NCBI GenBank assembly: GCA_040954595.2
Contig: CM082595.2
Location: 9,661,918 to 9,725,917 of the forward strand
Reading direction: 5' to 3'
DNA from: Balanoglossus misakiensis
Lineage: Eukaryota; Animalia; Hemichordata
DNA: 64,000 nucleotides
Part shown: one piece after another, positions 51,411-64,000 of the stretch
Layout: the number at the start of each line of letters is the position of its first letter
Position numbering within the stretch: the first letter of the stretch is position 1
Made by a program: the position numbers and the translations under genes
The notes under the pieces: model-generated
What the model saw: only the letters and a program-made list of their open reading frames with translations
Databases searched by the model: none
What the model was told of the DNA's origin: nothing

Positions 51411-53774
51411 ACATCCTGTGTGTGTGAAGTCTATGAACACTGGCCATGCATTTCAATTCAAGGACAAAATGAATGCGCAATATTTCGTTTTATCGAGAGT
51501 AATGTGCAGTGATTAAATTTGCTAGGGCTCTCTTAGCAGATTTGGAGTTAGTCATTTTGGTAGAAACTTTTCGAGATGGGAAATCTTTGGTCATCTAACC
51601 AAGTTATTTGTATTTTTGTTATATAAGACAGAGTCATTTCTATATCATAGATGCAAGTTTAATTTATAACATGAATTTGAATAAAATATTTTTTTTAAAT
51701 ATCACCACATGAATTTGAATAAAATATTTTTTTTAAATATCACCAGATTGAAATCTTTGGAAGTTTGCACTTAGAGGGATGGCATGGCAGTTTTCCACTG
51801 TTCATATTACAAAGAATTTGGCGTCACGTGTAGATTTCATGAGTGTTCGAGTTTTGCTCTTCCCAGCCTCGTATCCACAATCCTCTGATACTTACACTTA
51901 CGTCAGTTCTATAGCCGCTGACCCACTAGATTCTCCTTATGAATTGCCCAAATTATTTTTTGGTATAGTTTTGATAGTTAGTGCACGGAAACTTTTGATC
52001 GATTCACGAAATTCAAAATATGTTACATCACAAACCTCATAAAAAGGAGGCTAGAGTAGCCTGTTTGTTTTCAGGTAATTTTACAATAACCTCAATTACC
52101 TTTTTTCGAGGGAGGGGGTTAAGAAAACATACAGATTGAAATAACAAGGAAGTGGTATATCAAACCGAAACCTTATCTCAATCGTGATTCTAGAGTGTTT
52201 CCATGTCATGTGACATCCACAAAAATGTGGTATTATCTTGAAAAGAGTCCCGATTTCCCAAACTGGTTTTGCGAATGTACTTCACTTTGGAGCAATGCAT
52301 GAGTACATTCGTAGAAAGATATTGCTCCACTATTTACTGACACTCCTCTTGTACTGCAAATATTACTGCATTCTGTCAGGGCAAGACAAAAGACACAGCA
52401 GAACTGCCAGAATTAAAACAGACAACTGGCAATTTCAATAAAACATGTAATAACAAATATATGTAACATTGAATGAGGTGTCCATACAGCTTGGTCATTT
52501 AAAGACCTCCAGTCATTGCGACAATGCATAAATATTTATGTACACCATATTAAAAATTAGTTCAGGCATACCTTATACATGTATGTTTTTGACTGACCAT
52601 ATCCTCAGCACGCCCTTTTTTTCAAAAAGACTATCATTATTCTCTGCCAGGCAGAGAGTTGCCGCTTTCTTGTTAACAATAATATACTATTATAACATTG
52701 CATAGATTCCTGTTTGTTTCTGTCCATATCTCACAAACTGTGGTGTGCATACTGTTGAAATGACCTCAAGAAGAAAATGCCAAATGGAAAAATATTTGAC
52801 ATACTAACCTGTATGATAATGTTATACGGTACAAAATATTTAACGGTTCCAATCCAATGTTGAGAACTAACAAAACAATTTGAGCAGAATTCATTTAAAA
52901 TTAATTGCAGTTCCGTTTCACCGCATTTCATAGGATGCTGGCTAAAATTCATACTATGGTGGATTACCTGTTATGCATTTCTTTCCCTATTTCGTCTGGC
53001 AGATTTGAGTTTGACAAGCTGTCATTTTCCTTTCAGCTCCGCAAAATTGATGGATTTACTTTGACAGCACACAGACTGTCCATTTGTCATCGGAGATACA
53101 AGCAGCATCAGTTGCTGAACAGCTTGCAGCAGTGTTGGAAAAGAGTACACAACACTAACTTGCAAGAGTGCTTTGGCCCTTTCTTCACACTGTCCGAAAC
53201 TTGTTGTGTTACATCATTGCATAATGAATAAGAAATACACAGGTATTTAGCGTTCTATTCAATACCTACAATAGATAAAAGGGTGTCGGTCTGTATGCGA
53301 CAATCTTCAATGTTCTTATGAGCACAAGGCTTTATTCAGGGAACGTTTTACAGTAAGAATTATATGATATAAACTGAATAAGTTTGTTGTCTGTCAACTC
53401 TTCTGTCTTTGTCTTACCGATACGGTTCTAACCGCAAACACTGAGGCTTCTCTGCTTGTACACAGTATAAATCAATGGATGATAAAATGCGCCCTCTTTT
53501 GGTGAACTCTTCCTACCGCCCGACCTTCTACCTTACATTAAGGCATGTAGGGCGGTCAGGTAGATGGCAGTGTATTGCAAGCGTCTCTTGCATATTTTTT
53601 TCCGCCAGGAATGGCATACATTCGTTTTTGGCGACACCACAACTGCTGGAACTTCTCGAAAAATTGAGAGCCGGATTTCATAAATGCTCATGTTTTCCGA
53701 AGGGCTGAAAGAAGATCCAGAGTGGAATATTTAAATTTGCCTGTGGCAGACATCATAGTGGCTGCCAGTTATTC

Positions 53775-53955
53775 TATTTCTTGTGCAAGAGATAGTATCT
53801 TGTTCCAGCGAGATGTTTTCTCGTGTGCACGAGAAACATGCTATCTCGTGCATATCTCGTGCGCACGAGAAAATTGCGAGCGCACTCGTGTTCACGAGAA
53901 AATATCACATGCACACGTAAGTCGTGCGCACGAGATAAAAAAATGTGCCCTGTAG
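53775..53955. repeat. Cluster of palindromic TCGTGCGCACGA-type repeats, likely a MITE remnant
   Basis: About 7 degenerate TCGTG(C/T)GCACGAGA units. Confidence 0.55.
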
Positions 53956-55004
53956 TCTTTCTTAGGACATGGTAGCGTGACGTCGCATTGTAATTAACGG
54001 ACGATCTTGGAAATTCGGCTATTAATGGTGAATGGACTTTCGCCTCCTTCGAACAACAACAGAGACTGACGTCGCAACAATGACAGAAAAAGTGAAGCAA
54101 ATGGCCGACAAAACGAAGAGAATCGGAAAACGGGCAGGATCCTCGGCACAGACATCTGGGAATAATACCACCACATCAAATAGAACGACGAGTAGTGCAG
54201 GACAAACCGCCACCAGTGACTATGACAACAAGTCTGAAGGCGATGCTGGCGAACCCTTGCACAATACAACTACAGTCCTACAGAGAAATGCAGCCCAGCG
54301 CCACTCAAGATTTTCCATTCCTGGTCTGGCAGCAGCCAAAATATGTTGTTGTTTTTTCTCTTAGAAGCGACCTCAGTCTGAGCTGCATGAGAATAAACTG
54401 TAGGTTGGGAATACAACAAAAAAACACGCAGTCGCTGCGGTCAACACGTAGCTATTAGTTTCGGTTTTATGTTCGCTACAGCTCGGAAACCAAAATGTGG
54501 TACAACTTCAAGCTACATAAACTGGAAAGCATAGTACGTGCAGAGCAGACCATGGTGACGAAAGCAGGTATTCTAGGTCGTAAGATAAAAACACGGCGCT
54601 AGAAAAACAGTCATCAAAAGTTGCACGTGTTCCCCGGCCACAAATAATGTAATTGTTGGCGCACAGAAAGTCCAGTCGATAAACGTTTACGCTATAGAAA
54701 CTCACTCTCTCAGCAAAAGTCTGACACCCTCGTCAATGACAAAACGCAAACCGAGCTGGGTATGATCAAGTCAAACATAGGGCCAATCCCCACTCTGTGT
54801 TTTATTATTTTCCACATACGATGGTTCTAAATAAAAATGTACCTATTTGAAATGCTTACCGAGGTAAGATCATTGAAAGTTTTCAAACGTTGATGACAAA
54901 TGTATAACTGATTTTTTACAAATGAATAATCGCGCACTTGCATGTTATTTTCTCTATACCAGACACCGCGCGCGCGCCGTTGGCAAAAAAAAAACGCGGA
55001 AAAT

Positions 55005-55205
55005 TATTGAGCATGCGCAGTCGATGCTTCACATTGTAAACAAGATGGCGTCGCTGCCTATGCTTCTCGACCGCTGTCGCCTGACTATGTCGGCAAAGAA
55101 GAGACGAATTTAACCATGCAACGCCATATCGGAAGACAGAATGATCGCGAGATGAAACCGGGCTATCCAACGATTAGGCAGCCATGTTGACTGATTGGTA
55201 TGTCG
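55005..55205 (+). promoter_or_regulatory. Mirror copy of the promoter/first-exon-like segment
   Basis: GCATGCGCAG (55011), CAAGATGGCG (55041), donor G|GTATGT (55198). Confidence 0.4.
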
Positions 55206-56130
55206 CCGAAGTAATTATTTGCCATTGATTTGTTTACCAGAAACGGTTTGCCTTTGGAACACATTTGGCCTCACCGAAATTGATTTCAGAGGTTTTTTCC
55301 CAAAAACTAATGACGTTCGTTTTCACCTGAGTGCGAGGATGGATTGAAGGGACACAAGCTTTTGTAGCCACCAATATTTTGACACTCTTTATATCAATGT
55401 TGAGCTGGCATATTTGCTCCAATATGATGTAGTGTACCTGTTGCATTGAAATGAAGCTGTAATAATATTACAGTGCAATCTAGTCCTTTGGGTTAATAGG
55501 AAAACGAGGTCAATAAATGACAGGTTTATTTAAATACAGGATATATTTATCACAAGCACTTATGCATATGTATGAGATACTTATTTATTTTTAATTTATT
55601 TTTTATTTTTTATTTATTTTGTACGTTCAGGTAATCATATGGATTTGTATGGAATCACATACACATTAATTGAAGACTATCATATCACAGAAGTCGAGCC
55701 GCCAGATGTGTAAGGTAACCATTTAGGTTTCATGACTAAGTTTGTTTAAGAATTCATAAAGCTACCCAATGAATGAATTTCCTTAAAATTTCACAAATGT
55801 GACAGAGTTTGCAGTTGTGCAAGAAAGTGTGTATTATTCACATAAGAATTGTTTCGTATCCATTTTTCTGATGGCAATGCATTTGACTGTAAACAAATAT
55901 GGATGTCAGTTAGTAGTGCTATTTTGTCAGTGAAATGGCTTCATCATCATCCCTCCAACCAAAGTTGAAACAGAGTTGCAAATATTGCACAGCTTGAAAT
56001 CATAAAATGTTGCAAAATTGAACCAACCCTTTGGTCAACGATTATGTTCTTACAGCTATTATTAGAACCAGACAGTCTCAGGGAACAAGAGACATGGGCC
56101 TGATTTGCAAGTTGAGTTAGAACTGCCTTT

Positions 56131-59100
56131 GCCTGCCCACGGACGCCCCAATTTCAGCAAAAATTATTGCATTAAAATATGAGTATGGAGAACTATGCTC
56201 TGTGTTTCTTTTGTTAGCTTACATAGCTGTTGTCATTCTAGTTTTTCCTCCGTCCTGTGAGCAGAGTTTCAGTTGCGAAAACCGACAGTTCTCAAAGTAC
56301 AAAAGTACACCTAAATTGCCTCGGTGATGAGCATGCAGAATTTATCTGATGCTTCTTACTGGCAGAAGGACCCCACCAGTTGCAGATTGTGAATTCCATG
56401 GCACAAGGGAATTTACGCTTTGCGTTCAAATATAAATAATTAAATCCTGTAAAATTATTCTATATGTTATTTATTGATGATTCAAAAGTGTTTTGACTGA
56501 TTGTGTTAGAGTACCTGTATTCCATATAAGCATGCTGTCAGTGCACATCCGATTGATAACAATTTCACATTTTTAAAAATTTGCTTCTCTGAATAATTAT
56601 GAATACATAAAACTTCATATGATATAAATTGATAAACATTAAACCCCGATGCGTGGTATAAAAGACCCCCCAAATCAGTGGCGAATCTTAATGCCGTTTG
56701 ACTGACAACAGACAACACCAACGATCTTGGCTCTATGAAAATCGGCCCAAACAGATCCAAGCATAAAGAATTACACCACACAACGACAGTGGTTGGCTTT
56801 ATAAACACACACAACATAAAGTTATCGATGAAAAAGTACACGAGCTTTTGAAACAACGATGATTTTGGGAGAAATCTGGTTTCAGTGCTTTTCAGAAGCA
56901 TCCCTGGGAAACAATAACCACGCCATTCAAACAGCTGTCAATCGCACAGAGGTGTAAAGTGTTCAATTATTTTCTATGTACATGAGATCAATTACACAGT
57001 TATTATGCACGACGACCACTCCCAAATAAACAACTGTACAAACACACGTTAATCCGAACCCCAGTACTTTCCGCACCGGGGTTTAAGGCCTAATGCTAGT
57101 GTCACAACATTGATTACCAGACCGTTTCCCTCTGTATGTATGTATGTATGTATGTATGTATGTATGTATGTATGTATGTATGCAGCCATGTATGCATGTG
57201 TTTGTGTGTGTGTGTACATGTGTGTATGCATGTTACATGTATATATGGATGTATGTCTGCCCTGATCCAAAACATGAAACCACGCTTTTTTTATTTTGGT
57301 GTGTAGATGGGATTTTGCTTAAATGAAGTTGTCATTGCAAAAATACGCAAATAACCTGTGAAATATGTGGAATTGATCAAAACTCAACAACTGGTTAGAC
57401 TGCTTTGAACATTTGTATGCATGTAGGTAATGTCATCATACCTGATATACTTTGAGTTTATATCGTGAATTGTCTATTTTTTATGCAATTATTTTGTCTT
57501 GTTTTACCATTTGAAAAAAAATCTTTTTCTCTTAAAGAGATTGGCTGATTTCTTTAGAATTTAGTATGACACTTCCGGTAGGTGATCTTAGTTGGTTTTG
57601 TTTAAATTGTCGCAGAATTTGTAATCTGTCATTTTTGGTCAAAATTCATTTTCTGAGAAACTCCTTAGATTGCTTTTAAATTTTGGTATGCTTGTTCCAA
57701 GAGGTAACCCAAGTAATGTTGTATATCATTTTGGTGAAATGTACATATTGTGGTCTTGGGGCAATTTTTGCAATTTGTATTCTTTGAAACTACTAGTCAG
57801 ATTGCTTTCAACTTTGGTAGGCGTGGTGATTGAAGTAGATATTATACAATTTGTTGATAGTTGGATAGATGTGGTTTGAGGCAGTTTTTGTCATTATTGA
57901 ATGTTGTTTTCCCTAAAATACTTGTCTGGTTCCTTTGAAATGTTCTTACAGTAGGTCATATCTGCTTGCCAATGTCACATGATTTTTCCCATGAACACAG
58001 ACATACCTAATTTTGTGTAATCCCCAGATGGGACCACAGTGTGTAATAACCTGACCAACAGTGACTAGTATATCCTGTGTGTTATACAGTACTTCTCACA
58101 AGGTTGAAGTACATGTAGACTGTTGATGATTTTTTGCGATTCTTCAGAAACTTACAATACAGAGTCTAATGTGGTAACGTCCATGGTCACATTAGTCCTG
58201 TTTCAAAATGACCTACATTACACGTCCTATACACATGTTTTGCATGTTATGATTGGTTTATCCGCTTCTCTTAGGTCCACTTGCGGCACGCTGATTGGAG
58301 GGACCTTGTAGGTTAGGTCTTATTATTATGTATTATTCACTAGACCTTGTAGGTTAGGTCTTATTACTATGCATTTTTCGCTTTACAGCTCCCTGATTGG
58401 TTAACGTGTCAGTCTGGTCCCCCATGTGTTCACTGCCTCATAATACAGGACCTTGTAGGTTAGGTCATATTAATATGTATTTATTCACCATACAGCTCCC
58501 TGATTGGTTAACGTGTCAGTCTGGTCTCCCAGTGTTCACTGCCTCATTGTGAAATGTCCCATGTGCTTCCTGGCTAGCGTTGTGGTAACACATTATTCGG
58601 TATGTCCGCAGATCATTCATTAATTTTCTGAGAAATAGCCTGGCTGATACTATCTCCAACATAAACTGCACCCTGGAAAGATTAAATGATTTTTAGATGG
58701 ACTTTGAAAATCTGATTAACACATCTAAGCATTTTTGCTAACAGTTGTATATTTTCTTAAATCACCCTCCTACTTCTCATCATCAATATTATTATTGTTG
58801 TTTTACTATTTTAAAGTAAATTTGTTTTGACGTAGATGTTGTGAAAAGGAGTACGTTGTCCGTTTATACATTCGTATATTGTTTTCATAAAAATGGAACT
58901 ATGACGGTGCAGCTTCGTGAAAGAAGTACAATAAAAGTAATCATACCTGTAAAGCAACTAATGAGGTATCCCAATTAAAGAAATGCAATGCTATTCTAAA
59001 CAGTTCTATTGTAAGATATTTTTGGTTTGCTCGAATGAATAGCACACACTTCGTATTCAGCCAGGTGTTACACGAAGTGATGCGCTGAAAAGCATTACGT

Positions 59101-62100
59101 AACAAAACACTAGCCCATTTCAACAAACCGCCACTGGAAATAACATAAAAAAATTCTCCTGGCAATTTTTATTTTGAGTATCTAGTTCACAGTATCACAA
59201 AAAAATGCCATGAATAGTGAAGGAAATGTTAAATCCAATCATTATATGAGTGCCTTTCTTTATACACTGGGATCGAGCTTCGACAACGCGCAGGCAGCAT
59301 GCCAGACAGAATACGACAACTGTATTCAGAAAGTACAAAAGACTTTGCATAACGAGGCAGTGAAAATTGGAGACCTACACATTAACCAATCAGGGAGCTG
59401 ACAATTGAATAAATGCATGTTAATAAGACCTAACCTACAAGGTCCTGCATAATGAGGCAGTGAACACTGGAGGACCAGACCTACACATTAACCAATCAGG
59501 GAGCTGTAAAGTGAATAATACATAGTAATAAGACCTAACCTACAAGGTCTAGTGAATAATACATAATAATAAGACCTAACACATAAGGTCCCTCCAATCA
59601 CCGTGCCTCAAGTGGACCTAAGATTACCAGATGGACCAATCACAGATGTCGGTACATATGTCATGGACCTGACTTATGAAACAGGACCGTTCAGAACTAC
59701 CTAGTCTATGCCCGGCAGTGTTCTGTCCGCTTTGCTTCCAAAACTAATGTCTGGCCTCACTCATGCCACTTGCCCAATAAACTAATACCCCTTGCTGGGA
59801 ATTATGATGTAACTAGCGTCGCTTTGAAGCCTATCACATTACTGAACAGTGTTGATTTGGTGTAAGATTATAGTGAAGGCAGGGCTTATTACATTGAAAA
59901 TGCTACCCAACCTTAATTACACGTATGTATATCCTTTGTCTAATCATTGGAAAAACAATGTACATGTACCAAAGACTAAGTAGCTATTTGAAGGTGAATC
60001 GCAAGTGGGCACTTTTATTACTTAACCTCAAGCAGTCGGTTAGCTACCGTATACTAAGACAAACATTCCTGGTGTAATTAACATCACTGTCATTAGTAAT
60101 ATCTATCTCCAATCAGTATCAGTTCTGCCTTTATGTTATTTTAAGTCAATTGTCAAGGTTCATGTACATATATTACAGCTTAACTGTCTTGTCAAAAACT
60201 TACGCATGTACATGTACCTAATTCTAGGCTTACCTGTAGGGTTAGAGATACAGTGTTTTATATTAATATGCATTAATATGAAACTAAAATTTGATGGTTA
60301 ATTTAAGACCCCCCTGAGCAATGGTAACCTCGTTAAATATGTGCATATCTAATTCTAGGCTATTCAGCTGAAGTAGAAACCTGGACATGGACAACTTCGG
60401 GGTCAAAATCTTTTGACAAACATTTGTGTGATCTTGGGTAAACTTTGACCTACATTCCTATAGTTTAGCATCCGGAGCAGATACAACCTTGACACTTGGA
60501 GTGATGGAACTATTTGATTGAGTATTATGTCTTGCCTCATTAATTATGTACTAACCTAATGCCAGCCTAACCAATAGGGCTGGAAGTCTGGCTTTTTGGA
60601 CATGATAAATTTGAGATCAACATTTTTCTACAGCAGCCAGCCTTCTCTTAAAAAGAATGGACAATATAAAGGCTTTGATGGTATACTGAACTTTTGACTC
60701 CCTCCCTGAGACTGTGTGCCAATGACGGGATAGCCTACTCAGCGTTGGGTAGATCCTAAGAAGGCCTCAGCCAGGCATCAAATACAAAAAGCGGAAATCC
60801 AAGCTTTAATGGTGGGTTACATCGTTAACTTCCCTGCAGAGCTGATTTCTCAGACTGTGAGCCAATGACGGGTAAAGCCCCTAGGTAGGGGCCACCTAAG
60901 ACAGGCCGGTCATGCTTTAATCACAAAGAAGGGCAAGTTTAGTCTTACCACAACTTTGTCTGCTGTATATGCTTCATAAAGATTGCAGAGTATTTAGAGA
61001 ATACATTGTGTTAAGGCAGTGTGACCAGCTAAAAAGTACTGGCAAACACAGCCAATGTGTAATGAAAAACATCTAATTTGGCTGAATAAAAGACATAAAA
61101 CACAGCAAAAGCACTGTGACTAGCTGAGACATAATACTCCATTATGCAGTTCCATCACTCCAAGTGTCAAGGATGTATCTGTGCCGGATGCCAAGATATA
61201 GGAATGTAGGTCAAAGTTTACCCAAGATCACCCAACATTTTGTCAAAAGATTTTGACCCCAAAGTTGTCCATGTCCAGGTTTCTACCGCAACTGGATAGC
61301 CTAGAATTAGATATGTACATATTTAATGAGGTTACCATGGATCAAGGCAGTCCTAAGTAAACCATCAAATTTTTAGTTTCATGTTAATTCATGTTAATAT
61401 AAAACGCTGTATCTCTAACCCACTGGTATGCCATTCTGTGTTTCATGCTACCCAATATGGGTAAGTAGGTAAAAAGTCACCCTAGGCCATTTGAAATTTT
61501 GCTGAAAAAATCTCGTCTCTTACATATGTACATTTGGTAAAAGGGAAATTTTAATCACGGAGTAGAACATATTCATAAAAAATATTTGAGGGAAAGAAGG
61601 AAGTTTTTCATAGCTTTGGTGCGTCAAATAGTAGAGAGGTTCCCTTGTTATCCTTAGACTCAAACTCAGAGTTTCCAATCTTTCAGTATTTTCATGATAT
61701 TACTTTCCATCTTAGATTTGTTCATCTAAACAAACTGACTGATAGGTATACATGAACATTTTATTGACTAATGAATGTGCCTGTATGTTGCAATTTAAAG
61801 AAGTCAGATATTAAACGAGCGCCACACCTGTTTTAATCAGCCTCCATATGGAGGGTATACATCGCAGAGAGATGACAAACCCCATGCAAATTCAAGTAAT
61901 ATGGCTCAATGGTGCTGATTTTAAAGGATAGGTGGATGATTTGAAAAATGTTATTGTGGAAAAAGATGTGTAAAATTTGGCAGCTTGTGAGGCTTTAATT
62001 GTAAAATCTTTGAAATGTGTTTTACTCTTTAGGTCCAATTTTGTATATGTCAATATACCATTGGGACCAATGTGATATTGTTCTAAACTCAGAAACTCAA

Positions 62101-64000
62101 GAAGGTACTGGTCAGATTGCTTTAGAAATTGGTGTGTATTTATGTTATTGAGACTTTATACAGATTTTATTTTTCATTTTTAAAGTATATTTTTGGGGTG
62201 ATTTTGGTCGTCATATACTCAGAAACCTCTACCCACATTTTTTTAAAAATTTGGTTTGCATGTTCTTAGGTGTGATTTTATGACAATTTAACAAACCCAG
62301 TGATGGAAGTGACAATATTGTTTTTTTTTTTTTTTGGCAATTTCTGCCATTTTTGTCTGATTGCTTTGCAATTTAGTTTGCAGTTTCTAGGGAATTCTTA
62401 CTGTGGTGCACAAAATTCACAAAGGTGATTTACTATCCTCATGCGCTTTGTTGAACTGGCACCCTGTTGCAAAACAGACATTACAACACTCTTTGAATTG
62501 AATTCATAGCTACCAATTTTTCGGGGGTGTAGCACCTTTTTTATGCCTAAAACTTTGATCGAGAACTTCAAATTAAATGCAACCCTCCAAATATTTGCAA
62601 TATTTCAGGTATAATGATTTAATTTTAAAGCATAAATTTTGATGTATTCATAATCATTAAGAGAAACACATTTTGAAAATAGAATATTAATCACACTAGC
62701 AGTCATAATACTTTTGAATCATCACTAAAGAACATATAGAAAAATTAAACAGGTTTTAATTATTTATATTTGAACGCAAAGCGTAAATTCCCTTGTGCCA
62801 TGGAATTGACAATCTGCAACTGGTGGGGTCCTTCTGCCAGTAAAAAGCATCAGATAAATTCTGCATGCTCATCACCGAGGCAATTTAGGTGTACTTTTGT
62901 ACTTTGAGAACTGTCGGTTTTCGCAACTGAAACTATGTTCACAGGACAGAGGAAAAACTAGAATGACAACAGCTATGTAAGCTAACAAAAGGAACACAGA
63001 GCATAGTTCTCCATACTCACATTTTAATGCAATAATTTTTGCTGAAACTGGGGCGTCCGTGGGCAGGCAAAGGCAGTTCTAACTCGACTTGCAAATAAGG
63101 CCCATGTCTCTTGTTCGCTGAGATTGTCTGGTTCTAATAATAGCTGTAAGAACTTGATCATTGACCGAACTGTTGGTTCAATTTTGCAACATTTTATGAT
63201 TTCAAGCTGTGCAATATTTGCAACTCAGTTTCAACTTTGGTTGGAGGGATGATGATGAAGCCATTTCACTGACAAAATAGCGCTACTGACTGATGTCAAT
63301 GTTTGTTTACAGTCGAATGCATTGCCATCATAAAAATACATGTGAGAAATTTCTTATGTGTATGATACACACTTTTGTGCATGACTGCAAACTCTGTTAC
63401 AGTTGTGAAATTCTAAGGGTTGAATTCATTGGGTAGAATTCATGTTTTTTGGATTCTTAAACAACCAGTCACGAAAGCTAAGTGGTTACCTCAGAGAAAC
63501 TGTGTTAAATTTGGTCATCAATTGCTTTAAATCACACAAGACATTCCCAGAGCTAAAGTTACTGCAGCAGTCAGTTTCAACTCAGCTTGCAAATTGGGAT
63601 CATGTCTTGTGTTCATCGAGACTGTCTGTAGTCGAGTTGACAGTCCTATGGGGTCAATGATGAACCTACAAATGTTCTTTCCAATGAAATTGTTATAAAT
63701 CTAATATTCAGGATTTGCATTCATACCTTAAACAATATAACTGTATTGCAAATATGGCAACTCTTCTAAGTTACATTGGAACACCTTCTCGCCACTGTTT
63801 GTGCCAAAATGGTGAATAAGCTTTCATTTTCAAGCCTTAACATAGGCACCCAAAACAAGACAACAGCATTGCAAATATGGCATTTTTTGTTCAACTCTTC
63901 TCATTTGCATAGTCCAAAATGGCCGCCAAACTCCACTAACATGTAAATTTCCTATGGTCGTCTTAAATAGCGTGTAGTATCGCATTTGAAGGGTTTTCAT
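56131..64000 (+). repeat. Segmental/tandem duplication, copy 2 (lacks the LINE; runs off the window end)
   Basis: Near-identical to 1-10213: a few SNPs, one extra TATG unit, 12 extra bp (gtgttatacagt) near 58079, and an empty LINE site ttcttaa|atcaccctcc at about 58760. Confidence 0.97.
58194..59688. mobile_element. Same TIR element in copy 2, uninterrupted
   Basis: Same termini as 2048-5901, no LINE inside. Confidence 0.75.

Noticed and set aside
54032-54364. 110-aa Thr/Ser-rich ORF
   Set aside because: Low complexity, no domain motif or convincing splice context; cannot be supported.

Overview
AT-rich, repeat-dense animal genomic DNA (features suggest a marine deuterostome-type invertebrate; inference only). 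No intact host gene is visible. Architecture: (i) 1-10213 recurs almost identically at 56131-64000, except that a 2359-bp 5'-truncated CR1/L2-group LINE is present only in the first copy; (ii) most of 1-38550, plus 55005-56130, forms one giant diverged palindrome with its axis near 23640, containing smaller nested inverted repeats, a duplicated OB-fold exon near the axis, promoter-like ends that face inward, and a conserved twin-hairpin island; (iii) 11208-21830 looks like a tandem array but is seven Helentron-type (HINE/DINE-1-like) non-autonomous elements nested in each other at one internal site, 7 heads and 7 tails, 4 levels deep; (iv) a young Gmr1-type Ty3/Gypsy element (PR-INT-RT-RH order, 734-bp LTRs) is split in its integrase zinc finger by a second Gypsy element that lacks RT/RNase H and carries antisense copies of its own sequence; (v) remnants of a secreted pentraxin-like gene flank the Gmr1 element. 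All alignments were made by eye, so identities are approximate.
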